Source: Pseudomonadales bacterium (GTDB lineage: Bacteria; Pseudomonadota; Gammaproteobacteria; Pseudomonadales; GM7GCV1). From it: 64,000 nucleotides of DNA. The notes under the pieces were generated by a model. That model worked only from the letters and a program-made list of their open reading frames with translations, did not search any database and was not told where the DNA came from. The stretch is from contig OZ244933.1 in NCBI GenBank assembly GCA_965222065.1, positions 1,447,680-1,511,679 on the forward strand, read 5' to 3'. Of this stretch, positions 1-9,752 are shown piece by piece (the first letter of the stretch is position 1; every line of letters begins with the position of its first letter). A program made the translations under genes and the position numbers.

Positions 1-1320
<1,320 letters not shown>

Positions 1321-1369
1321 CAGATTTGAGGCATGCCTTTAACTAAAGGTGTGCCTCTCAGGAGGCAAT

Positions 1370-2251
1370 ATGCATTCTCATAAGCATTCCATAAGCTCGT
1401 CCCGGATAGGTTGGGCATTTTTTTTAAACTTGATATTTACCATTATTGAATTTATAGGCGGCTGGCTTACCAATAGTGTGTCGATTATGGCAGATGCGGT
1501 ACACGATCTCGGAGACACACTGTCCATCGGCAGTTCATGGATTTTGGATCGCGCTGGTAATAAACAGGCAGATTCTGAATATACCTATGGTTACCGCAGA
1601 CTTAGCCTTCTGGGAGCACTAATTAATGGAATAGTGCTGATTGCCGGATCAACATGGGTATTAATGGAAGCCGTTCCAAGATTATTTGATCCTGTACTTC
1701 CACATGTTGATGGCATGATTGGATTGGCAATACTCGGGGCATCAATAAACGGAATTGCCGCGTACAAGCTTAGTCATGGAAACACGTTAAATGAGAAGGT
1801 CTTGAACTGGCACCTTCTTGAAGATGTCCTTGGCTGGGTGGCCGTTCTCGTCGTAGCTATCACGATGAAATTCGTAGAGTGGCCTGTGCTTGACCCTGTC
1901 TTATCAATTGGTTTCACCTTATTCATTCTGGTCAATGTGACACGCAATCTTCGAGCAACCGCAAGAATGTTTTTTCAGGCCTCCCCAGACTCTAAATTGA
2001 TCCAGGAAATTCGTGAAAAATTACTAGGTGTAGACGATATAGAGGCGATACATCATTTGCATTTATGGTCACTGGATGGAGAGCGCCATGTTCTTACTAC
2101 CCACGCAACAGTGAGTAAATCAGTAAATGAAGTAAACTATGTTCAGCTTAAAGAAGCGCTACGCTCTGCTTTGGAACATTTCAATATCGAACACACCACT
2201 ATTGAAATCGAATCACCGGAAGAGATGTGTCGTGATGAGCCAATGGATTAG
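1370..2251 (+). CDS. czcD: Cation diffusion facilitator (CDF) family Co/Zn/Cd efflux transporter
   Basis: His-rich N-terminus (MHSHKHS), CDF signature region (SVSIMADAVHDLGD) and six predicted TM segments. AGGAGG sits 6 nt before the ATG at 1370, which is in frame with the listed ORF beginning at 1349. Confidence 0.8.
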   Translation: MHSHKHSISSSRIGWAFFLNLIFTIIEFIGGWLTNSVSIMADAVHDLGDTLSIGSSWILDRAGNKQADSEYTYGYRRLSLLGALINGIVLIAGSTWVLMEAVPRLFDPVLPHVDGMIGLAILGASINGIAAYKLSHGNTLNEKVLNWHLLEDVLGWVAVLVVAITMKFVEWPVLDPVLSIGFTLFILVNVTRNLRATARMFFQASPDSKLIQEIREKLLGVDDIEAIHHLHLWSLDGERHVLTTHATVSKSVNEVNYVQLKEALRSALEHFNIEHTTIEIESPEEMCRDEPMD

Positions 2252-2444
2252 CTACAACCAAATAACTAGCCAAAGCTAAAATTTATTTTAGCGGGGGCAT
2301 ATTTGGGGGCATAAATATAAATAGAATTTTAAATATCTATTTATATCAATAGGTTGAATAGCCTATTTGAGTGACCCCGCCCCATAAACTGTTATAATTG
2401 AATTTGTTCCTCCAACTCACTACCCTGTAGGGAGAAGGGAAAGA

Positions 2445-2777
2445 TCAAATTTTAGGATCCCAAGATTTAGGCTTACGCACCATATTGGCAAAACGGATTT
2501 TTAGCTCAGCTTCCGATAGATCGAAACCGCGCCGTTTTTCATCATCGGTAAAAGATTCCTTCCTCTTATCTGAAAATTTGGGGGTCACTGAAATTTCTTT
2601 CTTGGAAGTCATGGAAGAGTTTCTGATTTCATATTGAATACATAATACTCCTTCCTTGCCCCCCTTCAAGGAAGCCCCTGGCTCTCCCATACATGCAATC
2701 AAAGGCACCCTAGACACAAAAAAACCCGCAGATATCTCGGCGGGGCTTTTGGGCTTGCAGGATAGGTGGTCCATCAA
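2445..2777 (-). CDS. Hypothetical small protein (110 aa), downstream of the recombinase pair. Doubtful.
   Basis: ORF only. Its 5' end overlaps the predicted intrinsic terminator of the upstream operon (2718..2750). No recognisable motif. Confidence 0.2.
   Translation of the reverse strand: MMDHLSCKPKSPAEISAGFFVSRVPLIACMGEPGASLKGGKEGVLCIQYEIRNSSMTSKKEISVTPKFSDKRKESFTDDEKRRGFDLSEAELKIRFANMVRKPKSWDPKI
2718..2750 (-). terminator. Rho-independent terminator for the recombinase operon
   Basis: Read on the minus strand: GC-rich hairpin (CCCGC/GCGGG arms with a palindromic AGATATCT loop region) immediately followed by a run of 7 T (plus-strand A-run 2718-2724). Lies ~130 bp downstream of the stop at 2880. 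Confidence 0.6.
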
Positions 2778-2879
2778 GCAGATATGTGTCTAGCAACAAG
2801 CTAAATCTATAAACATAACCTGCTTATGTCAAATCTCGTTCACACGCCAAAAAACCAAAATTCTTAGGCGCGCTGAACT

Positions 2880-5800
2880 CTACTTTGCAACTTCATACAA
2901 AGGGGAAAGGCCGACGATCAAAAGCATCCACACGGCAAACCGCAACCCAGGTGAACCAGAACGCCTTTTTTTATCAATCAGCCGAACATTCAACTGACCA
3001 TGTACATTTCTGGAATATTTCTTTGTCTCTTGTGCCACCTCAATATCACTTTTGATGTAAGCGCTTAAATTTTTACGCCAGTATTTCTGTTGTTGCTGTT
3101 CAGTTTTTTTATCACCTAAAAACAGCCTCACTTTGATGTCCCAGCGATTAAAGCCAAGGTCAAAGAGTAATTTCAAAAACTCTTTCGCCTGAAAGGCATG
3201 GGAAAACTCAAACCACTCATTTCGTTTATATACCCTATCTATATAGAGAGAAATAAACGCGTCTCTTTTATCAGGATCTACCCGACCGAGAATGGCTGCA
3301 ACCCTGCGAGCATAGCGCTGGTCATCTTTTTTTCCTGGCATTCTTGGGACACATTTATAACCCCCATAGGTGTGATTAAAATTCTCTTGCCGAAATACCC
3401 TCGAGAACTTGGGGTCGGATACCAACTGCTCGCAGCGAGCCAAGTATTTCGTCAAACTGGCTTCATCAACGCCAGTTAATTGGTAAATTAGATCCGGGTG
3501 AGAATTCAAACCAACTCTCATATTCATGGCGCTCCAGACATCAAAAATATCAGGCTCTGCCGGAGTAATCCCAAGGTCCATTCCCTGCCGGTATAAATGC
3601 TCCATGGTCACCGGCCTGAGCTTACGCACCACCGGAAAACTTTGTGCCAAAGTGCGCCCCAAAAGCTCCGTACCTGACTTTTTTCGGTGATAGGCAGTCG
3701 AGGTTGAAATCAAACCCATTTTGGCAAGATCAACAGGGTCATACAGCTTCGACTGATAAATAAGCGCTGCCAAGAACCAATCCAGGCAATGGATGTAGTG
3801 CTCTAAAGACACATCGGGGCCAGAGTGGCCTATCATTTGGGAGACCAGATAATAATGCCGGCGGGTTGGCCCTGCGTTCTCATAGATCAATTGAGCGAAC
3901 TGCTTTGACTCCGACAAAAACTTTTTCGTCTCAGGAAGATGATCAAAGAATCTTAGACTGACGTCGTGATCCGCAATCATAAGCCTGGCTATCATCCAGG
4001 TGGCGGCAGAATGCCTGAGATGATGAAACCGAATATTGACCCGCTGAGTGACTTCACGCATGACTCGATGTAGCGGCTTAATAATTTCATCTTCTCTAAA
4101 ATCCTGCTTCCCAAATGCCGGCAGAGCAAACAGGTAGCCGTCATCGTCCTCACTTGATGAATTTTTTAGCTCCTGCTCCCTACTGTTTATCCAGTCACGC
4201 AACCCATCAAGTTCAGACTTAGGCAGCAGGGCATAAAGCGGTACATTGCGCTGGGAGTTACCCGTTTTAAGCGTACGAATTTTATTTTCACGAACGATGG
4301 CAAAAAGGTCACGCCCCCCGATGAGATCCTCAACTCGGAGGAACAAGACTTCTTTTCTGCGCATACCCGTTCGAAAACCAAGGATAAATACCAGCTTCAT
4401 GATTTTGATCAGTTCTTCACTTTGATTTTTAGCGAGCATCGTCTCCAAAGTTCCTAAAATAGCCTGATACTCATCCTCACAGATAATTTCGGCATCCACT
4501 GGTACAAGTTCATTTTGAAATTCAGACAACTCCTTTAAGCCGTAATCGCTCGTCATTCCTTTGCTTACCAAAAACTGCAAAAAGCTGTGCAAGAATCTAA
4601 GGTAATGGTTTCGAGTCATTCGACTTTTGGCTATTTCGGTCACACTACGAAAAATGGCCATCCAGTCCTCTGGTGAAAAATCATCACAATTCTGGTCAGA
4701 AACAAACTCCACTAATGCCGGGGCAACGGCATAGAGCATTTGCTGAAGGCTATTTGGCCTGGCATTGGCGCCAAGCCCATGCTTTCGATCAATAAGAAAT
4801 ATCTGCCATTGGGCAAGCAGTCGAACAATATGTGGCCGATCATAGGGCGCTTCTTTTTTAGATTTTGCGCCCGGGATTTTTGTACTTAGCCAATTTTCCA
4901 GCCTGGCTCGCAACTCCGCCTTTTCAGGTAATTTCGAGTAGCACCCATAAAGACTTTTTAGCGCAAGTCCCCCAAGATTAACGCCCTCTTCTTCATCAAA
5001 ATCCTCATATGAGTTTTTTAATTTCTCATCCAACGCCTCTTCCTGCACAGACTCTTCTTGCTGTACACCAAGCAAATATCGCCAGCATGGCTCCGTCAAA
5101 GAATGATTAATCGTTTTGCGGCTTGCGTAGTATGAGAACATTGAAGGAATTCGCAGATCCATCTCTGCTAACTGAGCAGCAACAAGCGCCGTAAAGTTTT
5201 TAAGCGATTTATCCAGCTCTACACCACGTGCAGTAATACTCGCCTTCATCAACCCAAATAGAACACGGGTAAGTGATGCGGAGTCAAAAACCCTGGTTAA
5301 ACAACCATCAATCTCTTTACCAAAAAATCCATTTTTTGCCTCTGAAAATTTCTGGATACTGGCCAATGTCATTGGATCAATAAGTATGCGTCTAAATTCT
5401 TGATCAGGTTTCCCTCTCCATGACAAATCCGTTGATATCCATACCACCGAATCATTGGCATAGATCTCATCGGTGATAATCGCACGCAATAGGGCTCGCA
5501 GCCCCCCAGAGCTGCAAACCCCCGAATAACAAAGCGCATTCAACAGCACGTCACCAACAATTTGCTTGGCGGTCGTTTGCCCAGGAGGCTCAATCATTAG
5601 CTTACGCACCCTGAAAAGGCTGTTCACTTTTGGCATATCCAGAGGAGTGCCATGCGGCGAAGGCTGAGGAAAATGCATGAGATATCCAGGATCAGACGCA
5701 AAACGCCAAAGATCCTTATCCTCCCCCTGCCGAACAACAAAAGTCAGAATGTTTATTAGCTCAACACTATCCTCTGTATCCTTTGCCGCATGCTTTATAA

Positions 5801-6026
5801 GGTCTTTAATCAAATTCCAGTCAGGATTTTTCACCAACCTGTTGGAAGGATTTTTGTCGGTCAGCTTTCTGAGCACATTGTTACTTTTAAAGTCTGCAGC
5901 CAGAACAATTGCCTTTAATCGCTCAAACCGCTCTCTGTGATGCTCTCGAAGTCCGGTATTCGGCCAATCCCAGATAGGGTTTAACTCCTTTTTGGGCTTA
6001 TTCTGATCCTCGGAGACATCCATCAT
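2880..6026 (-). CDS. Giant tyrosine recombinase (~1048 aa, or 1061 aa from the alternative start at 6065). A phage-integrase-type catalytic core is embedded between long N- and C-terminal extensions.
   Basis: The translation contains the canonical tyrosine-recombinase motif series. Box I Arg: LGFRTGMRRKEVLFLRVEDL (R565). Beta-hairpin Lys: ENKIRTLKTGNSQRNVPL. Box II: FHHLRHSAATWMIARL (H681/R684). Terminal motif: MIGHSGPDVSLEHYIH (H747, Y757). A core-binding-like region precedes them (RNHYLRFLHSFLQFLVSKG). The ATG at 6026 overlaps the upstream gene's TGA stop (ATGA) with AGGA 7 nt upstream. An alternative in-frame start lies at 6065. Confidence 0.85.
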   Translation of the reverse strand: MMDVSEDQNKPKKELNPIWDWPNTGLREHHRERFERLKAIVLAADFKSNNVLRKLTDKNPSNRLVKNPDWNLIKDLIKHAAKDTEDSVELINILTFVVRQGEDKDLWRFASDPGYLMHFPQPSPHGTPLDMPKVNSLFRVRKLMIEPPGQTTAKQIVGDVLLNALCYSGVCSSGGLRALLRAIITDEIYANDSVVWISTDLSWRGKPDQEFRRILIDPMTLASIQKFSEAKNGFFGKEIDGCLTRVFDSASLTRVLFGLMKASITARGVELDKSLKNFTALVAAQLAEMDLRIPSMFSYYASRKTINHSLTEPCWRYLLGVQQEESVQEEALDEKLKNSYEDFDEEEGVNLGGLALKSLYGCYSKLPEKAELRARLENWLSTKIPGAKSKKEAPYDRPHIVRLLAQWQIFLIDRKHGLGANARPNSLQQMLYAVAPALVEFVSDQNCDDFSPEDWMAIFRSVTEIAKSRMTRNHYLRFLHSFLQFLVSKGMTSDYGLKELSEFQNELVPVDAEIICEDEYQAILGTLETMLAKNQSEELIKIMKLVFILGFRTGMRRKEVLFLRVEDLIGGRDLFAIVRENKIRTLKTGNSQRNVPLYALLPKSELDGLRDWINSREQELKNSSSEDDDGYLFALPAFGKQDFREDEIIKPLHRVMREVTQRVNIRFHHLRHSAATWMIARLMIADHDVSLRFFDHLPETKKFLSESKQFAQLIYENAGPTRRHYYLVSQMIGHSGPDVSLEHYIHCLDWFLAALIYQSKLYDPVDLAKMGLISTSTAYHRKKSGTELLGRTLAQSFPVVRKLRPVTMEHLYRQGMDLGITPAEPDIFDVWSAMNMRVGLNSHPDLIYQLTGVDEASLTKYLARCEQLVSDPKFSRVFRQENFNHTYGGYKCVPRMPGKKDDQRYARRVAAILGRVDPDKRDAFISLYIDRVYKRNEWFEFSHAFQAKEFLKLLFDLGFNRWDIKVRLFLGDKKTEQQQQKYWRKNLSAYIKSDIEVAQETKKYSRNVHGQLNVRLIDKKRRSGSPGLRFAVWMLLIVGLSPLYEVAK

Positions 6027-8698
6027 CTTGTCCTGAATGGGCAATCTATAGGCCTCCACCCACACTCAAGGGAAAGTTCCTCTATTGCCTGAGTGATCGT
6101 TCTTCGATAGTCAAGAATAGGGAAACTCGAGTACTGCCCCCAAGGCTGCTGCCCCATTGACCAGTGCGACATGAATGCATTCACATATTCTGCTGGAACG
6201 CCTTTCATGCGTAACTCTGTTCTTAAAAATCGACGATTCGAATTGATTGCAAAATCGAAAAAGCCGGCGACTTGCTGCTCGGTCCGACTGGGAAAACTGG
6301 GGATTAAAACCAGTCCTATATTCGGGTCTCTATCCAAATAAAAGGGCTGACCGCTTTGCAGAATCCTCCTCTCTGCCCTGGTCATCCGCAACTCATCTAA
6401 AAAGCCAATCTCCTTAATCCTTGATCGATGAATATCCCAGTTCTCAAGTTGCCTCTTGAGCCCTTCATTAAGAGGGATATGTCGGGTATTAAAAAAGGAT
6501 TTTGGTTTCTTAACTATAACCTCTACTTGTCCATCAATACCGCTACCCTTTACCAACCCATCCTTGTCCGACAGAGCAAAAAAATCTCCTTGCCCATCCA
6601 TCCACTCGGCTCGCGGCAGTGGTTGATTCAACGCTCTGTAAGACGTTGTATAGGCGCTATACAAAACTGTGTAAGCAACAAAGTAATTATGCCGCTCAAT
6701 CCTATCTCTGATCTTTAAAGACTGATCCGGAGCTAATTCCGTGCTTTTAATTTTCTCCTGCAACGTCAAAACCATTTGACTAACAGCCTGAACTGTTGGG
6801 CACTGCTTTACCCCAACGGCCCCGGACATATTGTTTATCTTTACCTTTTTAACTTTTTTAGCCTTTACAGGCACAGGCCAATTCTCGTAGACACGCTCTA
6901 TCACTTTCTGAACAGTTGTTTCATAGGCACTTGCCAGATAGGCGACATCAGGACAATAGTAATGAAGCTGGTTGAATGCGTTAGGTAGTTTTCTACCGCA
7001 TATTAACGCCGCATCTGCAGAGTCACTGCCCTGCTTCAGGAGTTCATTTACCAAAAACCGACTTAGGTACGTACTTGATTTGGATATGAGTTTTCCATGA
7101 TTTTCTTTTATATCTTCCAAAGTATCTTCATAGCACTGTTTGTAGTCTTGCCTGTTCCAGCTTCCAAAAGGGTGCTGCATTTCAATTCGCTCACAGGTCT
7201 TCCTTAATTTCCGAAAATATTCTGAGAACCCAAAATAGTCAGGAAGGCGCATATATCCCGCCGCAGTACGCTCTTGATTTGGCAAAGCTGTTCGGTCCGC
7301 ATGGGAATCAGGTATCTGAACTGGAAAGCGCCAATAACTCACACCACCTTTTCTCAACAGCTGGATTACACCTTCCGATATGGAATCTTTTTGAGATTCA
7401 ACTATGCTCATGGCCTCTTCAGAAGTCCTCCCTAACCAAACCTGCATCATGGCAATCACTGCAAATTGAGCTGGCTTTAAAGAACGCTCTAAATTATCAA
7501 CTTCCTCTTCAGAAACATTATCTATGCTAGACCGCTGCTCTAAGGAATCAATTATCCGTTCTGTCTGTTTGATTGATTCTCTGAAACGGCGCCCTAAGGA
7601 CTCCATTAACAGAGCAATCTCCGGAATGATGAATTGATTAAAGGTAAACGGGAGCTCCTGATTGGCCATGAGCAAGTGCTTAAGTTGATATTTTGAACGC
7701 CACCCGCCTGCACGTTGCTCTTTTGAACTTGGGGTATCCAGTCCGACTTTATCAGCTTGTGTTTCGTAAGGGCTAACATCATCCGTGTCCGCCACTTCAA
7801 CTTCTTCCTCTTCTATCTCTACAGTAAAGACCTCATCATCCTCTTGGTCTATCTGCATGTCCCGTAAACGTGGCCCGCTGCCTACCAGGTTAAATGAATA
7901 TATCTGCCGCGTGACTCCCAAACCAAAATTATTTTTCTTTCCTCCCCCTCCACCTCCGGTGCGTTTACTACGCAATCCCCGCATTCTTAAAAGCGAATTT
8001 AAAATCTTTGCAAGATTATCCACATTTAACCTTTTAAATTGGACTAACTGCCATACGGTTAAAGTATTAAGATTCGTTATTTTATGAATGAAATCCGTCG
8101 GCGAATCCGACAAGATTTTAAGCTCTATACCTCGCCCGCCAGATGTATCGCTAAGAGTTCTCATTCCTCGATACATTTTACCCAAGAAATTTTTTTCTTT
8201 TACCGTCTTGTTTAGGCCATCCCAATCTTTGTAGGCACAAAGAAGATGCATTTGCAGAAAACGGAAGTTTTCGACAGCCCATTCCCAATCACCTACGTCG
8301 TGCATCACACATAACACAGTGTATAAAGGGTGCTCCCCCTGATAGTTATATGAGGGTATTTGATCTTCTCCCTTTTCGGTTCTTCCCTTAAAAGCTTGAG
8401 ACCACCAGTCTGGATCTATCCCTTCTGAATTTTTTTGTGACGTATCAGGGTTTGGGATACATGCACAAGCCTTGGCAACAGGGATAAATCTGGAAAGCCA
8501 CTTATATTCAGGCCAAGAATTCTTTTTAATCAGTTCCAGGCACTGTAAAAAGTTTTCTGAGACATCCACGATGGCCCCCAGCTTTGGAGGGGCATCGATA
8601 ATTTTCAAATACTCATGATAAATAGATTCGCTGACATCCTCCTTTATAAGCCCATATAGTTTTGGAATATCATCAGGAGTTTTTTTTGGCCTTGGCAT
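6023..8698 (-). CDS. Giant protein (891 aa) with a C-terminal tyrosine-recombinase-like domain and an internal Gly6/acidic low-complexity linker. First gene of the two-gene operon.
   Basis: C-terminal ~200 aa carry integrase-like motifs. Box I-like: TTSYRALNQPLPRAEWMD. Lys hairpin: VIVKKPKSFFNTRHIPLNEGLKRQLENW. Terminal motif: FMSHWSMGQQPWGQYSSF (H845...Y856, the canonical H-to-Y spacing of 11). Box II is degenerate. Contains RTGGGGGGKK and EDDEVFTVEIEEEEVEVADTDD linker segments. Confidence 0.75.
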   Translation of the reverse strand: MPRPKKTPDDIPKLYGLIKEDVSESIYHEYLKIIDAPPKLGAIVDVSENFLQCLELIKKNSWPEYKWLSRFIPVAKACACIPNPDTSQKNSEGIDPDWWSQAFKGRTEKGEDQIPSYNYQGEHPLYTVLCVMHDVGDWEWAVENFRFLQMHLLCAYKDWDGLNKTVKEKNFLGKMYRGMRTLSDTSGGRGIELKILSDSPTDFIHKITNLNTLTVWQLVQFKRLNVDNLAKILNSLLRMRGLRSKRTGGGGGGKKNNFGLGVTRQIYSFNLVGSGPRLRDMQIDQEDDEVFTVEIEEEEVEVADTDDVSPYETQADKVGLDTPSSKEQRAGGWRSKYQLKHLLMANQELPFTFNQFIIPEIALLMESLGRRFRESIKQTERIIDSLEQRSSIDNVSEEEVDNLERSLKPAQFAVIAMMQVWLGRTSEEAMSIVESQKDSISEGVIQLLRKGGVSYWRFPVQIPDSHADRTALPNQERTAAGYMRLPDYFGFSEYFRKLRKTCERIEMQHPFGSWNRQDYKQCYEDTLEDIKENHGKLISKSSTYLSRFLVNELLKQGSDSADAALICGRKLPNAFNQLHYYCPDVAYLASAYETTVQKVIERVYENWPVPVKAKKVKKVKINNMSGAVGVKQCPTVQAVSQMVLTLQEKIKSTELAPDQSLKIRDRIERHNYFVAYTVLYSAYTTSYRALNQPLPRAEWMDGQGDFFALSDKDGLVKGSGIDGQVEVIVKKPKSFFNTRHIPLNEGLKRQLENWDIHRSRIKEIGFLDELRMTRAERRILQSGQPFYLDRDPNIGLVLIPSFPSRTEQQVAGFFDFAINSNRRFLRTELRMKGVPAEYVNAFMSHWSMGQQPWGQYSSFPILDYRRTITQAIEELSLECGWRPIDCPFRTR

Positions 8699-9011
8699 GA
8701 AAAAATTTCCCTATATTTGCTTCAAGAACATCATTAACGATAGAATAATATCGAATTATAATAATATATTATTTTCCAATTGAGCCCAAAATTTTATATC
8801 TTAGATTGTTTTAAATGATTTAAATATTTTTAAAATAATCTGAAAAATCCCTTTATTTATAGGTTTTAAAGGCGATTTATATCAATTAATATAAATTAAA
8901 ATTAAACATGGTGTAATGTTCATAATGGGGGTCGGTGGTTCAAGAATTCCCTTTTAGATTCAACAGGATATAGTTCCTTCCCCCACTTTTTAAATCCTGT
9001 ACAAGCTATAG

Positions 9012-9692
9012 CTAAAAAAGCCCGTAAGCGAGATATGCTTCCTTGGGATCCATTCCTTGTAATATGGCTTTACGAACCAAATTTTCAGTGTTCATAACCT
9101 CCTCTACACGCTCCACTGTAGATTGGGCCTCTTCGGATGGAATAATTACCACCCCGTCCAGGTCGCCAAAAACGTAATCCCCGTTACTGATATCCACATC
9201 CCCAATTTTTATGTCTTCACCAAAACTGTCAGGGACCCAAGTGCCAACAACATCTCTTGGCGATTTATATCTGGCAAAAACCGGAAAACCCAGATTCAGG
9301 ATAAATTCAGAATCCCTGGTACCTCCGTCAACGACGTATCCATTCACACCTTTAAAATGCAGCGTTTCCGCAGAAAGCTCGCCCATATGAGCGATCGTGT
9401 GATCGTTAGGCTGACAAACGACAACACTCCCGGCGGGGGCCCTGGATAAAAAATCCGTCCAGCGAAGCAAGGTTTCATGGGGATCCAGATCCGGATCAAG
9501 ATGGCCACGAACAGTAAACGCTTCGCCTGCCATTTTTTTTGACGGGTCCAAAGGCGCTATCCCTGGAGGCAGGACACACCTGGTTATGCCTTTTTCACGC
9601 AGCGCGTCGTATACGGCGCCAGAATAACAATTCATTAAACGCCTGGTTATATCGCTGGTCATTAGCCTCCCTAATACTCGGAAATTCTCCAA
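9012..9692 (-). CDS. RraA family protein (ribonuclease E inhibitor RraA / demethylmenaquinone methyltransferase-like fold)
   Basis: 226-aa ORF with RraA-like composition (GD..V.D..GVVIIP, GTRDS). First gene after the AT-rich island border. Confidence 0.6.
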   Translation of the reverse strand: MENFRVLGRLMTSDITRRLMNCYSGAVYDALREKGITRCVLPPGIAPLDPSKKMAGEAFTVRGHLDPDLDPHETLLRWTDFLSRAPAGSVVVCQPNDHTIAHMGELSAETLHFKGVNGYVVDGGTRDSEFILNLGFPVFARYKSPRDVVGTWVPDSFGEDIKIGDVDISNGDYVFGDLDGVVIIPSEEAQSTVERVEEVMNTENLVRKAILQGMDPKEAYLAYGLF

Positions 9693-9752
9693 AACGATAC
9701 CGGCAATACGGCCAGTATGATTTTGGTTACATCGCTTTAAAAATTTTGCTGA

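Larger units (their letters stand above)
2339..8906. mobile_element. Candidate compact integrative/transposable module made of two giant tyrosine-recombinase genes; limits tentative
   Basis: 12-bp direct repeat ATTTATATCAAT at 2339-2350 and 8895-8906 brackets the AT-rich non-coding DNA and the two recombinase genes. A 9-bp perfect inverted repeat TATAAATAG...CTATTTATA lies at 2316-2345. Both recombinase genes are plausibly self-mobilising. Repeat significance is weak in AT-rich DNA. Confidence 0.3.

Noticed and set aside
3198-7530. Short ORFs in both orientations inside the two giant recombinase genes (for example 3198..3479+, 4187..4381-, 5677..5940+, 6428..6718+, 7279..7530+)
   Set aside because: All overlap the long, motif-supported reading frames. 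Attributed to the AT-rich composition of the recombinase genes producing stop-poor antisense frames.
8925-8955. tRNA T-arm-like string GGTCGGTGGTTCAAGAATTCCC near the right border of the island (a possible tRNA 3'-end remnant serving as att site)
   Set aside because: Does not match the GGTTCGAATCC T-loop spacing, and no acceptor stem or CCA context could be found. Treated as chance similarity in AT-rich DNA.
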